Source: an uncultured Gemmatimonadales bacterium
GTDB lineage: Bacteria > Gemmatimonadota > Gemmatimonadetes > Gemmatimonadales > GWC2-71-9
Direction of reading: 5' to 3'
Assembly (NCBI GenBank): GCA_963695555.1
Contig: CAVOGR010000001.1
Coordinates: 672,001 to 736,000 of the forward strand
Length of the DNA: 64,000 bases
Shown here: positions 22,680-32,577 of the stretch, piece after piece
How the letters are laid out: the number at the start of each line of letters is the position of its first letter
How positions within the stretch are numbered: the first letter of the stretch is position 1
Notes under the pieces: generated by a model
Databases searched by the model: none
Seen by the model: only the letters and a program-made list of their open reading frames with translations
What the model was told of the DNA's origin: nothing
Translations under genes and position numbers: made by a program

Positions 22680-23432
22680 ATGATCACTATCAAGTCGCCG
22701 CGTGAAGTCGAGATCATGGCTCGGGCAGGCCGGATCGTTGCCGAGACGCTTCAGCTGGTCCGGGCCGAGTGCCGCCCCGGCCGGTCGACGGAGGATCTGG
22801 ATCAGGTCGCCGAGGCCTTCATCCGAAGCCACCCTGGCGCGACACCGTCGTTCAAAGGGCTCTACGGCTATCCCAAGACCCTCTGCACCTCCCTCAACGA
22901 GGAGATCGTCCACGGGATTCCTTCACCGGAGCGGGTGCTTCGGGAGGGCAACATCCTGAGCGTCGACGTGGGGGTCTATCTCGAGGGATTACACGCCGAT
23001 TCCGCGACCACCATTGCCGTGGGCGAGGTGACCCCTGAAGCTGTTCGACTTCTCGACGTCACCCGTCGCTGTTTGGAAGCCGGTGTCGTCCAGGCACGGC
23101 ATGGTAACTACGTCGGCGACATCGGGTATGCGGTGCAGCAGGTGGCGGAGGGCGCGGGCTTCGGGGTGGTGCGGGAGTTAGTGGGGCACGGCATCGGTAC
23201 CGAGTTCCACGAAGAACCTCAGATCCCCAATTTCGGCGCCCCGAGACGCGGACGGCGGCTGCTCGAAGGCATGACCGTCGCCATCGAGCCGATGATCACC
23301 GCCGGCGATCCGGCCACCAAGACCCTGGCGGACAAGTGGACCGTGGTCACGGCAGACGGGAGCCTCTCAGCGCATTTCGAGCACACGGTGGCCATTACCC
23401 GCGACGGGCCGCGGATTCTCACGACGGTCTAA
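22680..23432 (+). CDS. map: Methionine aminopeptidase type I
   Basis: GHGIG..FHEEP, IEPMI, SAHFEHT. Confidence 0.97.
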   Translation: MITIKSPREVEIMARAGRIVAETLQLVRAECRPGRSTEDLDQVAEAFIRSHPGATPSFKGLYGYPKTLCTSLNEEIVHGIPSPERVLREGNILSVDVGVYLEGLHADSATTIAVGEVTPEAVRLLDVTRRCLEAGVVQARHGNYVGDIGYAVQQVAEGAGFGVVRELVGHGIGTEFHEEPQIPNFGAPRRGRRLLEGMTVAIEPMITAGDPATKTLADKWTVVTADGSLSAHFEHTVAITRDGPRILTTV

Positions 23433-24135
23433 GGCCACGACTGAGCTGGGCCACCAGCTGCCGTTCCTCCTGCCCGAGTTCGAGCATCAACTGCGCCGCT
23501 TGATTGAGGGTGGCGTCCACCCGCTCCGGTCTGACGCCGCCGTCGGCTACCGCCTCCGCCAGGCCGAATTCCGTGCCCCATCCCAGGCCGGCAAGGTTGG
23601 CTTCGACGTTGTACTGAGCCCCGCGGCCCGCCCCAACAGCCAGGAAGATCGCCGCCGCCGCGTCGGCCCGCACCGACGGGTTTCCGGCCTCGAAGACGCG
23701 CCGCGACGTAGCGGCCAGGTTCCGACAGAGCCTGAGGACCTCCAACTGGACGTCCGCCGCTCCCAGGAGGGCATTATTGAGGTTGATCAGACGGAGGGAT
23801 GATTCGTCCGGGTTGGCATGGGGCAAGGCTCGCGCCTCGATGACGGAGCCGTAGGCCACCACGTCCTCTTCCGCCAGGAGAATGAGGTTTTCACGGATCT
23901 CATCCGCCTCTTCCTTGAGCTTTGCGAACTCGGCTTCGACGTTCGCAAACCGTTTCCGGCCTACCGTGAGACCAAGACACATGACCAGAACTGCTCCGGC
24001 CAAGGAAGCCGCAATGGCTGCGGCGGACCCGCCACCAGGGGCAGGGGTCGCCTGCGCAATCGCATCGCTCCATTGCCTGAGGGAGTGTCCTTGGGCCAGC
24101 ACGTCGGAAGGAGTCGGCGTCTCCGCGTCGGTCAT
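23419..24135 (-). CDS. Stand-alone formiminotetrahydrofolate cyclodeaminase-like (FTCD C-terminal) protein
   Basis: TPAPGGGSAAA..GNPSVRAD..NVEANL. Confidence 0.85.
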   Translation of the reverse strand: MTDAETPTPSDVLAQGHSLRQWSDAIAQATPAPGGGSAAAIAASLAGAVLVMCLGLTVGRKRFANVEAEFAKLKEEADEIRENLILLAEEDVVAYGSVIEARALPHANPDESSLRLINLNNALLGAADVQLEVLRLCRNLAATSRRVFEAGNPSVRADAAAAIFLAVGAGRGAQYNVEANLAGLGWGTEFGLAEAVADGGVRPERVDATLNQAAQLMLELGQEERQLVAQLSRGLRPS

Positions 24136-24142
24136 CGCATGC

Positions 24143-24952
24143 TCACGGTGATGGTAAGTGGTGGGCCGTCTGGGCGAGCCGTTCCAGCAACCACGGATGG
24201 ATGGCCGGGTTGCCGGCCACGACGGCGGTGTGTGCTACTGCAATATCGCTGCCTCGGAGGTCGGTAATATGGCCACCTGCCTCCCTGATGAGGAGCGCCC
24301 CGGCGGCGATGTCCCACGGGGCGAGGGCCAGCTCCCAAAACCCGTCCAGGCTTCCCCGCGCAACCTCCGCCAGGTCGAGGGCCGCGGACCCGGCACGCCG
24401 GATCCCGCCGGATGCCGTCAGGATGTCGGCAAATTGCACGAGGTAGTGCTCCAAACGGTCGCGGTGCTTGAAGGGAAACCCGGTTCCGATGAGCGCGTGC
24501 TCCGGGCGCGCGATGGCGGACGTGGTCAAGCGATTTCCGTCGAGCCAGGCGCCCGCGCCTGCCTGTGCCTGGTAGAGCAGGTCTCGCACGACATCGAGGA
24601 CTACTCCGGCCACGACCTGACCGTCCTGGACTGCCGCGATCGACACCGCATACGCGGGATAGCCGTGCAGGAAGTTCGTGGTCCCGTCGAGCGGGTCGAC
24701 CACCCAGGTAAGCGGCGCCGACAGCGCTTCGGGCGAGAGTTCCTCGCCCAGGATGGCCGCCTCGGGTGTCGAGGCGCGGAGGATCTCCGCAATCATACGC
24801 TCGGCGGTCCGATCCACCTCGGTCACGAAATCGGACGGGCCCTTCGTGCCCCAGGCCTTCGGGTCGCGCGGGCGAGACACGCTTTGGAGGTATTCTGCGG
24901 CATCGCGCGCCGCCCGGCAGGCGATGCCGAGTAAGTCTTTGGTTGATACCAT
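24143..24952 (-). CDS. suhB: Inositol monophosphatase family protein
   Basis: GEE, WVVDPLDGTTNF, RRAGSAALDL, PWDIAAG. Confidence 0.9.
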   Translation of the reverse strand: MVSTKDLLGIACRAARDAAEYLQSVSRPRDPKAWGTKGPSDFVTEVDRTAERMIAEILRASTPEAAILGEELSPEALSAPLTWVVDPLDGTTNFLHGYPAYAVSIAAVQDGQVVAGVVLDVVRDLLYQAQAGAGAWLDGNRLTTSAIARPEHALIGTGFPFKHRDRLEHYLVQFADILTASGGIRRAGSAALDLAEVARGSLDGFWELALAPWDIAAGALLIREAGGHITDLRGSDIAVAHTAVVAGNPAIHPWLLERLAQTAHHLPSP

Positions 24953-24953
24953 C

Positions 24954-24982
24954 TTGCACGTCCACCGCGGGCTAGGTAGCTT
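24954..24982 (+). promoter_or_regulatory. Sigma70-type promoter for trpS (probably leaderless transcript)
   Basis: TTGCAC-N17-TAGCTT, 6 nt before ATG 24989, no SD. Confidence 0.55.
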
Positions 24983-24988
24983 GGCGTG

Positions 24989-26005
24989 ATGCCCCGAATA
25001 TTCTCAGGAATCCAACCTTCCGGTGAACTCCACATCGGTAACTGGCTCGGTGCGGTCCAGAACTGGGTCAATCTACAACAACAATACGACTGCTTCTACG
25101 CGATCGTGGACCTGCATGCCCTGACCGGCGTCCACGAGGCGCGTGGGGACCTGAGTCAACGCACTCGGGAGATGGCGATCGGACTGCTCGCGTCCGGCAT
25201 TGATACCGATCGCGCGACCCTCTTCGTGCAGTCGCACGTGGCGGAGCACAGCGAGCTCATGTGGTTGCTCAATGCCGTCACCCCGGTCGGTGAATTAGAA
25301 CGCATGACCCAGTATAAGGACAAGGCCGCCGGGCTGGAGAGCATTCCGGCCGGGCTCCTCAACTACCCGATTCTCATGTCGGCCGACATCCTGCTGTACC
25401 GCGCCGACCTCGTACCGGTAGGTGAAGACCAGGTGCAGCATCTCGAGCTGGCACGCGGGATCGCACGGCGGTGGAATGCCGAGTATTCCCCTGACGACCC
25501 GTACTTTCCGGAGCCGCAGCCACTGTTGACGCGGGCGAAGCGGATCATGGGGCTCGACGGCGGGAGTAAGATGTCAAAGAGCAAAGGCAACACCATCGGG
25601 ATCCTCGACTCGCCGGACGTCATCTGGCAGCGGCTCCGGCCGGCCGTCACCGACCCGGCCAGAGTCACGCGGAAGGACCCCGGCACTCCTGAGATCTGCG
25701 GCCTGTATCACCTTCATCAGCATTTCTCGCCGCCGGAGACGGTCGAGGAAGTAGCGAAGAAGTGCCGCACGGCCGGATGGGGATGTCTCGACTGCAAACG
25801 GGTCCTGGCGGACAACATGGCGAGTACCCTCGCGCCAATCCGGGCCAAGGCAAAAGAGCTGACGAACGCTCCCGACCAGGTGGATGATCTCCTTGCAACG
25901 GGCGCGGCGAAGGCCCGGGTCCTCGCCCGGCATACGCTGGACCGGGCCCGCGCCTTGATCGGGCTCATGCCGCCGCACCCGGTCGCCGCATCCCACGATT
26001 CTTGA
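24989..26005 (+). CDS. trpS: Tryptophan--tRNA ligase
   Basis: SGIQPSGELHIGN, VPVGEDQ, KMSKS. Confidence 0.97.
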   Translation: MPRIFSGIQPSGELHIGNWLGAVQNWVNLQQQYDCFYAIVDLHALTGVHEARGDLSQRTREMAIGLLASGIDTDRATLFVQSHVAEHSELMWLLNAVTPVGELERMTQYKDKAAGLESIPAGLLNYPILMSADILLYRADLVPVGEDQVQHLELARGIARRWNAEYSPDDPYFPEPQPLLTRAKRIMGLDGGSKMSKSKGNTIGILDSPDVIWQRLRPAVTDPARVTRKDPGTPEICGLYHLHQHFSPPETVEEVAKKCRTAGWGCLDCKRVLADNMASTLAPIRAKAKELTNAPDQVDDLLATGAAKARVLARHTLDRARALIGLMPPHPVAASHDS

Positions 26006-26024
26006 CGCGATTGGAACCAGCCGC

Positions 26025-27131
26025 ATGAAACAGGATCCTGTTCAGAAGATCATTCAAGTCGCCGTCAAGCGAGGCGCCTCGGACCTGCACATCAAGGCAG
26101 GCGATGTCTTCCGGGCGCGCATCGACGGCAAACTGGTGCCGCTCACCAAGCAACGACTGACACCGGATCAGACGCGGGCCATCGCGCTCATGCTCATTCC
26201 GCACGAGGAAGACCGCCGCCGGATCGATCACCTCAAGGACTACGATTGCTCGTGGGGCATGCCCGGCGTTGGCCGGTTTCGAGTCAACCTGCTCCGCCAA
26301 CGCTCTTCCTTCATGATCGTCATGCGGGTCATTCCTTTCGCCGTGCCGTCCCTGGAGTCGCTCGCCGTCCCCGAGGTCCTGGCGACGGTGGCGGAGCAAC
26401 CCCATGGCTTCATTGCCATCAGCGGTTCCAGCGGCAGCGGACGCAGCTCCACGATGGCGGCCATGATCCACCACTTGAACAGCACCGCGGAAAAGCACAT
26501 CGTCTCGATCGAGAATCCGATCGAATTCCTCCATCGCGACCTCAAGAGCAGTATTACCCAGCGCGACGTCGGCATCGATACCGCTTCGGTGAATGCGGGC
26601 CTGCGATCGGCGGTGCGCCAGGATCCGGACGTGATCGTCATCGGAGACATCCGCGACGGCGACACGGCGGAGACCGCCATCAAGGCGGCGGAGATGGGCC
26701 ACTTGGTGATCGGCGTTCTCTCGGCGCCCAACGTCCCAAGTACCCTGTCACGGCTCCTCGCCATGTTTCCGTCGGAAGACCGGGATATGGCGCGCACCCG
26801 GTTGGCGGACGTGCTGATCGGCGTGAGCGCCCAGCAACTGATTCCACGGAAGTCGGGGGACGGTCGCGTCGCTGTGTTCGAAGTGCTGGTGGCCACCGAC
26901 GCGGTGCGGAACTGGCTCCGGACTCACGGCACGCTGCTCGAACTCCAGGAGCTGATGTCCGCCGACGACGAAGAAAGCGGCATGTGCACCTTCGATTCCG
27001 AAATCGCACGGCTCCGCGACGAAGAGACCATCACGGCCCAGACCGCCGAGGCGTTCTCTGCCCAGCAGCACGCGCCGCCCAAGAAGTCGAGCCGCGGGGC
27101 CAAGGCTCGATCTCGCAAGTCGTCCTCCTGA
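26025..27131 (+). CDS. PilT/PilU-family protein with degenerate ATPase motifs
   Basis: ASDLHI, RFRVN, IENPIEF, QDPDVI; Walker A reads GSSGSGRSS. Confidence 0.85.
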   Translation: MKQDPVQKIIQVAVKRGASDLHIKAGDVFRARIDGKLVPLTKQRLTPDQTRAIALMLIPHEEDRRRIDHLKDYDCSWGMPGVGRFRVNLLRQRSSFMIVMRVIPFAVPSLESLAVPEVLATVAEQPHGFIAISGSSGSGRSSTMAAMIHHLNSTAEKHIVSIENPIEFLHRDLKSSITQRDVGIDTASVNAGLRSAVRQDPDVIVIGDIRDGDTAETAIKAAEMGHLVIGVLSAPNVPSTLSRLLAMFPSEDRDMARTRLADVLIGVSAQQLIPRKSGDGRVAVFEVLVATDAVRNWLRTHGTLLELQELMSADDEESGMCTFDSEIARLRDEETITAQTAEAFSAQQHAPPKKSSRGAKARSRKSSS

Positions 27132-27146
27132 TCGCGGCGGAAACTC

Positions 27147-28427
27147 ATGTTCGACCCGAAGAGCCATTGTGTCGTGGTGGTTGGTGCCCAGTGGGGCGAT
27201 GAGGGGAAGGGCAAGGTTGTCGACGTCCTCACCGAGCAGGCCGACCTCGTCGTCCGCTACCAGGGCGGGGCCAATGCCGGCCATACGGTCGTGATCGGCG
27301 ACACTGAGTTCATCCTCCACCAGATTCCATCGGGTATCCTGCGTCCCAAGGCGCGCTGCGTCGTGGGCAACGGGGTGGTCCTCGATCCGGATACCTTCTT
27401 TACCGAATTGGATGCGCTCACCGCGCGCGGCATCGAGACCAGGGGGCGCCTCTTCATTTCCGACCGGGCCCACTTGGTGCTGCCCTATCACAAACTCCTC
27501 GATGCGGCCAGCGAAAAGCGGCAGCAAATCGGCACCACCGGCCGCGGGATCGGCCCGGCCTATGAAGACAAGACCGGCCGGCGCGGCATCCGCGTAGGTG
27601 ACGTCATTCACCCGGCCGGGCTCCTCCAGCGTCTGACGGCGCAGGTGGAGCGCTCCAACATGCTGCTCGAGTCGATGGGGAGCGCGGAGCGGGCATCGCT
27701 CGAGCACCATCTTGCGCTCCTCGAGCGAATCGGACCGCGGCTCGAGCCGCTAACCGCCGACACAGGCCTCCTGGTCCACCGTTCGCTCCAGGCCGGGGAG
27801 CGGGTGCTGCTCGAGGGCGCCCAGGGCGCGTTGCTCGACGTCGACCACGGGACCTATCCGTACGTCACCTCCTCCAACACCACGGCGGGCGGCGCGGCGG
27901 TGGGCGCGGGCATTGGGCCTACGGCCATCGATCAGGTGCTGGGGGTGGTCAAGGCCTATACCACCCGGGTCGGGAACGGCCCCCTCCCGACCGAAGCGGA
28001 CGATCCGGATGGCACTCGGTTGCGCGAGGCCGGGGGTGAGTTCGGCGCCACCACCGGCCGCCCCCGGCGCTGCGGCTGGTTCGACGCTTCGGTGGTGCGG
28101 TACTCGGTCAGAGTGAACGGCCTCACCGGGCTGGCGGTAACCAAGCTGGACGTGCTGGACGGCTTCGCGGAGATCCCGGTGGGGGTGGGATATCATGTCG
28201 ACGGGGCGGTATCGGACGACTTGCCTGCTCAGGTAGCGGCGCTCGAGCAGGTCGAGCCCCGGTATGAGATCTTGCCCGGTTGGGAAAAGCCTACCGACGG
28301 CGCCCGCCGCATGGCCGACCTGCCTGCCCAAGCCCGGGCCTATCTCGACCGGATCCAGGACCTGGCCGGCGCTCCGATCCGGTACGTGAGCGTGGGCACG
28401 CGGCGGGATCAGATCATTGAAGTCTGA
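27147..28427 (+). CDS. purA: Adenylosuccinate synthetase
   Basis: GAQWGDEGKGK, GGANAGHT, EFGATTGRPRRCGW. Confidence 0.98.
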   Translation: MFDPKSHCVVVVGAQWGDEGKGKVVDVLTEQADLVVRYQGGANAGHTVVIGDTEFILHQIPSGILRPKARCVVGNGVVLDPDTFFTELDALTARGIETRGRLFISDRAHLVLPYHKLLDAASEKRQQIGTTGRGIGPAYEDKTGRRGIRVGDVIHPAGLLQRLTAQVERSNMLLESMGSAERASLEHHLALLERIGPRLEPLTADTGLLVHRSLQAGERVLLEGAQGALLDVDHGTYPYVTSSNTTAGGAAVGAGIGPTAIDQVLGVVKAYTTRVGNGPLPTEADDPDGTRLREAGGEFGATTGRPRRCGWFDASVVRYSVRVNGLTGLAVTKLDVLDGFAEIPVGVGYHVDGAVSDDLPAQVAALEQVEPRYEILPGWEKPTDGARRMADLPAQARAYLDRIQDLAGAPIRYVSVGTRRDQIIEV

Positions 28428-28456
28428 CGGCCCGGCTCCCTCGGGGAGTCGGGCCG
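28428..28456. terminator. Hairpin between convergent purA and pilin operons
   Basis: CGGCCCGGCTCCC-TCG-GGGAGTCGGGCCG. Confidence 0.6.
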
Positions 28457-28532
28457 CCAATTAATGGCCGGGATGCAGGGGGCAGGGACGTAGGCCCTCC
28501 GCCCTCACTGGTCACTTCTTACTCTGCACTCT

Positions 28533-30398
28533 TTACTGATTTGCCGCGAACCAGGCCGCCACGTTGAAGCCGGCCGGGTCCAGCTCGTAGTACCGATTCT
28601 TGTAGTAGCGCCCGGTCGTTGGGAAATACGGCGGCGGTGCGATGAACATGCAGCGATCGTAGGTCCACTGCGGGTTCCACCCGGTGCCCGATCCGGCCAT
28701 CCGGGAGCCGTTGATGCCCTGGATGGCAGAGCCTACCATGTTGAAGCAGCCCCGCCCGATCGGGATGCCGACACACACCTCCGAGTTGGTGGAGCCACTG
28801 AACACGCTTTCCGTCTGAATCGAGTTGAGGGTCAAGACCGCGGCGTGGAGATCCTCATCGGGACTCTCGTCGTAGCCGGTGATGTAGGCGTTCTGGACCA
28901 TGAACGGGGCGCTCACGCTGTTGTCTTCCAGCATGAAGAACTGAGTGCTGATGACGCCAAGGGCGTCGGCCGCACAATCGGGATCGCTTCCCGGCGCCGT
29001 CACGTAGGTCAGGTCATCAGCCAACATGACGTTGCCGCTTGCGGCCACCGTGACCCTGCCGCGCACGAGTCCGCTCACACCGGTGCTCCCGTTCACGTAC
29101 ACCACGCCCTTGAAGTTCGGGTTGTAGTACCGGGTCACGGGCCAGAGGTACTGGGCCATGGTTGCGCCCACGGGGGTGCCGTTCGGCAGGATGCCCGCAG
29201 CAATGGCGGCAGGCGGCACGCCACCCCAGCCAGGCCAGGCCACCCACCCGCCGTAGGTGTCGTTGGCCCGAAAGGTCGAATCCGGGTAGAGGCGCGGGTC
29301 TCCGCCGAGGAAGCACCGCCGGGCTGCGCTCCGGAGCGCGTTGCGAACGGCCAGTTGTTTTTGTGCGGTCGTACCGGCCCGCTTGGCGTAGATGGAGTCG
29401 GCCGTCCACCAGTCGCCGTCGCCCCCGTCGGCCACGGACCACGTCCCGCCACAATTCGCCGAGATCATATTGGGGTCTTCGCTCGCGACGGTCCCGGCGG
29501 GGACCGAGGGCCAGCGGCGGCCGGTCACGTACGCCAGGGCCTGCGGGGTCGTGAGTGAAGTCTGGAACACCCGCATGAACCCCTCGTCCTCCCCGCTGAA
29601 ATCCCCGTCGCCGTTCAGGTCGACTGGGATGAACTCGATCCGGGTGTTGGGATTGTAGATCGTCGTGCCGAGGGCACCGCCGGTGAATGATGTCTGCCCC
29701 GCCGTGGCGTAGGTGTTGAGCGTCGCCAGAGCGGTGGGTGTGGGCATGGGAATGACTTGAACGTTCTCGGTGTATCCCTTGAGGAAGTCGCCGTTCGCGG
29801 CGACGGAGATGGTGCTGGCCGTCGTGACCTCGGCGTGGAAGGTCGGCCGCCCGCCGGCGGCGTCTACGTAGAGGACGCCGTTCGTGTGGAGCGGGCCGAA
29901 CACCTGGATTCCCCGTGCAAAGCGAATGCTCGATGTCGTCACATCGTCGAACCGCGCGAACTTGGCGAAGGACTCTTGGGACAGCTCGGCCCGGCGCACC
30001 ACCACTGCGCCGCGCGGGCTATTGATGACCGAGATGACGCTGGCAAACACGCCGTACTGGCCGGTGATGTTCCCCGACAGCCCGGCGTAGACCGACCGCG
30101 TGAACCCGGGAATCGGGTTCCCATCGGCATCATAGGCCTGGGCGTTGGTCTCGAGGGTTGTGAAGCCGCCGCCGGGCGGTATCAATCCCGGGGTACCGTT
30201 CAGGGTGTCCCGGGCTTGTTCGAGGCCCGCCTCGGCGGCGGCCTGCATCATGGCCTCGTTGGCGTGGAACTTGGACACCAGGCTGTTGTTCTGGGCGATG
30301 AGGACCATGCCGATCGCCATGCTGGTCACCACAACGGCGAGAATCAGGCTCAAGAGCAGGGCCATCCCGCGTTCGCCATGTCGGGTTCGTTCGATCAT
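28533..30398 (-). CDS. PilX-like minor pilin with large C-terminal domain
   Basis: ERG|MALLLSL hydrophobic N-terminus, AAEAGLE motif; last gene of the pilin cluster. Confidence 0.75.
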   Translation of the reverse strand: MIERTRHGERGMALLLSLILAVVVTSMAIGMVLIAQNNSLVSKFHANEAMMQAAAEAGLEQARDTLNGTPGLIPPGGGFTTLETNAQAYDADGNPIPGFTRSVYAGLSGNITGQYGVFASVISVINSPRGAVVVRRAELSQESFAKFARFDDVTTSSIRFARGIQVFGPLHTNGVLYVDAAGGRPTFHAEVTTASTISVAANGDFLKGYTENVQVIPMPTPTALATLNTYATAGQTSFTGGALGTTIYNPNTRIEFIPVDLNGDGDFSGEDEGFMRVFQTSLTTPQALAYVTGRRWPSVPAGTVASEDPNMISANCGGTWSVADGGDGDWWTADSIYAKRAGTTAQKQLAVRNALRSAARRCFLGGDPRLYPDSTFRANDTYGGWVAWPGWGGVPPAAIAAGILPNGTPVGATMAQYLWPVTRYYNPNFKGVVYVNGSTGVSGLVRGRVTVAASGNVMLADDLTYVTAPGSDPDCAADALGVISTQFFMLEDNSVSAPFMVQNAYITGYDESPDEDLHAAVLTLNSIQTESVFSGSTNSEVCVGIPIGRGCFNMVGSAIQGINGSRMAGSGTGWNPQWTYDRCMFIAPPPYFPTTGRYYKNRYYELDPAGFNVAAWFAANQ

Positions 30399-30428
30399 GC
30401 GTTCACTCCCACTGGCGTTCCACCGGAC

Positions 30429-31607
30429 CTAGAACGAGACGAAGGTTGCGGCACTCTGGATCAGAGTCGATTCCCTGGGCGTACAATCCTGTGCCCCCAC
30501 CGCAAACTCGTACGTCTGACCGGCCACCAATCCGTTACCACTGGTGATGTTGTAGGGATTCTGGCCCGGCGGGATGGTCCCCATCAGATCCCAATCCGTC
30601 GCTGCCATCACTCGGCGGTACACGTTGTACTGGGTCACGTCGGTCTCGCCGCTGGACTCGTCGACCGACGGCGGCCAAATCAATTGCACGGAGGGCGGGG
30701 TGCCGGGTGCATTTGGATTCGCGGTGAGCGGCCCCGACAAGATCGGGCGCGAGCCACATGTGGCCAGCTTGACCAAGCCGTTGTTGGGAGTGGCGATCAT
30801 GGTCGAGACCGTCCGGGCTGAAGCCTCAGGCCCGGTGAGCCCGTTGGTCGCCACGAAGTTCACCCGCACGATCCGAACACTGTCTGCCAGGGCCGACGCC
30901 GCCGTGTCGGCCGGGCTTCCGTGAATCGGGGCCAGGTGCCGCACAGGGATCATCGATGCCGGCATCTGGCGGGACACGCGATTCCCACTCGCCAGGGTCG
31001 AGTCATACCAAAATTCGAAAAACGCCCGGCTCGGATACGGCGCGAGATTTCGGGCAATCAGCTCCGGTGCGAGATCGTTCACCCGCTGCATCAAGGCGTA
31101 GTCGCTTGGATTCGGGGTGGACAGGTCAGGCTCGAAGTAGAACATGATCGTCTCGGCCCGGCTCGGCGTGCCGCTCGTTCCCCAGTAGTAGTTGGTGTCC
31201 GGGTAGGTAATGGCCGTGCCGTAGATCGTCATGAGCGACGCGGTCGTCATCGAGAGGGCTGCAGTGGGTGGCAGATCGGGATTCACGTAGACTGCGTCGC
31301 CATCGGCCGTGTCGGTGGCGAAGTTGGCGTTGAACACGATCACGTCGTTTGCGCCGTACACCAGCATCGGCTGTCTGGCCGTGGTGCCGCTGCCCAGGGT
31401 ACGCAGCGAGCGATCGATGGTTCCGAGCGCGAAGCGCATATTCTGGATCGCCTCCATCTTGGTGCTGCCGACCCGAAAGCTGCTGCTCTGCGAGCGGAAC
31501 AGATTGAGCGCCGTACCCATGATGATCCCAACCAGGACCAGCGCGATCAGGAGTTCGATCAGCGTGAAGCCATGGGGCGCAGGGCGACGCGAGGAGGCGT
31601 GCGTCAT
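30429..31607 (-). CDS. PilW-like prepilin with C-terminal FN3-like domain
   Basis: G|FTLIELLIAL; C-terminal LIWPPS..YNVYR..LVAGQTYEFAV. Confidence 0.8.
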   Translation of the reverse strand: MTHASSRRPAPHGFTLIELLIALVLVGIIMGTALNLFRSQSSSFRVGSTKMEAIQNMRFALGTIDRSLRTLGSGTTARQPMLVYGANDVIVFNANFATDTADGDAVYVNPDLPPTAALSMTTASLMTIYGTAITYPDTNYYWGTSGTPSRAETIMFYFEPDLSTPNPSDYALMQRVNDLAPELIARNLAPYPSRAFFEFWYDSTLASGNRVSRQMPASMIPVRHLAPIHGSPADTAASALADSVRIVRVNFVATNGLTGPEASARTVSTMIATPNNGLVKLATCGSRPILSGPLTANPNAPGTPPSVQLIWPPSVDESSGETDVTQYNVYRRVMAATDWDLMGTIPPGQNPYNITSGNGLVAGQTYEFAVGAQDCTPRESTLIQSAATFVSF

Positions 31608-31999
31608 GGACGCGCCACGACCGCGGTCACGTTGACGGTGTCCATCACCGTTGAGCCGGGACGCCGCATGGTGGGCTCGGTCACCTTCACGGTGACGACC
31701 GTGTAGTCACGCACCGGAGCGGTCCCGGTGACCCGAGTCACCCGCGTGATGCGGGTCATGGCGGGATAATCCGGAAACCCGATCGCGGTGCCGACCCAGG
31801 CGCCGGGCAGGGGATACGTCGGATCGGCCCGCACTTCTTCCAACCGCTCGCGGGCCACCGACGCGGCCACGGTGCGCGTAGTGGAAGTACCCACCGCGTG
31901 GAGGAATTCCCCGGCAAACCGCGCAAGCCCGAGGATCACCACCGACAGGATGGCGAGCGAGATCACGATCTCGATCACGGTGAAGCCGCGGCGGTCCAT
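31604..31999 (-). CDS. PilV-like minor pilin
   Basis: MDRRG|FTVIEIVISLAIL. Confidence 0.8.
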   Translation of the reverse strand: MDRRGFTVIEIVISLAILSVVILGLARFAGEFLHAVGTSTTRTVAASVARERLEEVRADPTYPLPGAWVGTAIGFPDYPAMTRITRVTRVTGTAPVRDYTVVTVKVTEPTMRRPGSTVMDTVNVTAVVARP

Positions 32000-32577
32000 C
32001 AGTCTCCTCGAGTCCACCCGCTCGCACCGTAGCGGTACCAGGTCACCTTGCCGGTGGCACGGACGATCTCGGCGGCCCGCACGTCGTGATCCTCGCCCGC
32101 GGCCATACTCTTGGCCGTGATCAGGTAGAATCCGCCGTACTCGCTGGCTGAGCCGTCGCGGCGGAAGATGATGGCCGGCATGCCGTCCTGGGTGCGGGTG
32201 AAGTTGATCGGGGCGCCGCCAAAGACATGGGCGCCGGCGCCGCCGAGCCCGAACGTGACGCCGTCCTCCAGCGGGTGTGACGTCACCCGCTCCGTCCCGT
32301 TGATCGTGCCGTCGTTGTCCGCATCCTCGTGGATCCGCAACCGGTTGTTGCCCGCGTCGAAGGCAACGACCACGTTGTGCTGCAGGCTTACCGAGAGCCG
32401 CTGGGCCGAGCTGAGCTTGCTGGACACGCCGCGCACCGCGGCGTTCACCTTGTAGGCCTCCATATCGAGCTGCGGGATCGCAATAGCCGCGGCCAGGCCG
32501 ATGATGACGACGATGATCACCAACTCCGCCAGGGTAAACCCGCGTCGGTCGGCGAGGATTCGGTGTCTGTGGTCCAT
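31999..32577 (-). CDS. FimT/GspH-like minor pilin
   Basis: RRG|FTLAELVIIVVIIG..AIP; first gene of the cluster. Confidence 0.8.
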   Translation of the reverse strand: MDHRHRILADRRGFTLAELVIIVVIIGLAAAIAIPQLDMEAYKVNAAVRGVSSKLSSAQRLSVSLQHNVVVAFDAGNNRLRIHEDADNDGTINGTERVTSHPLEDGVTFGLGGAGAHVFGGAPINFTRTQDGMPAIIFRRDGSASEYGGFYLITAKSMAAGEDHDVRAAEIVRATGKVTWYRYGASGWTRGD

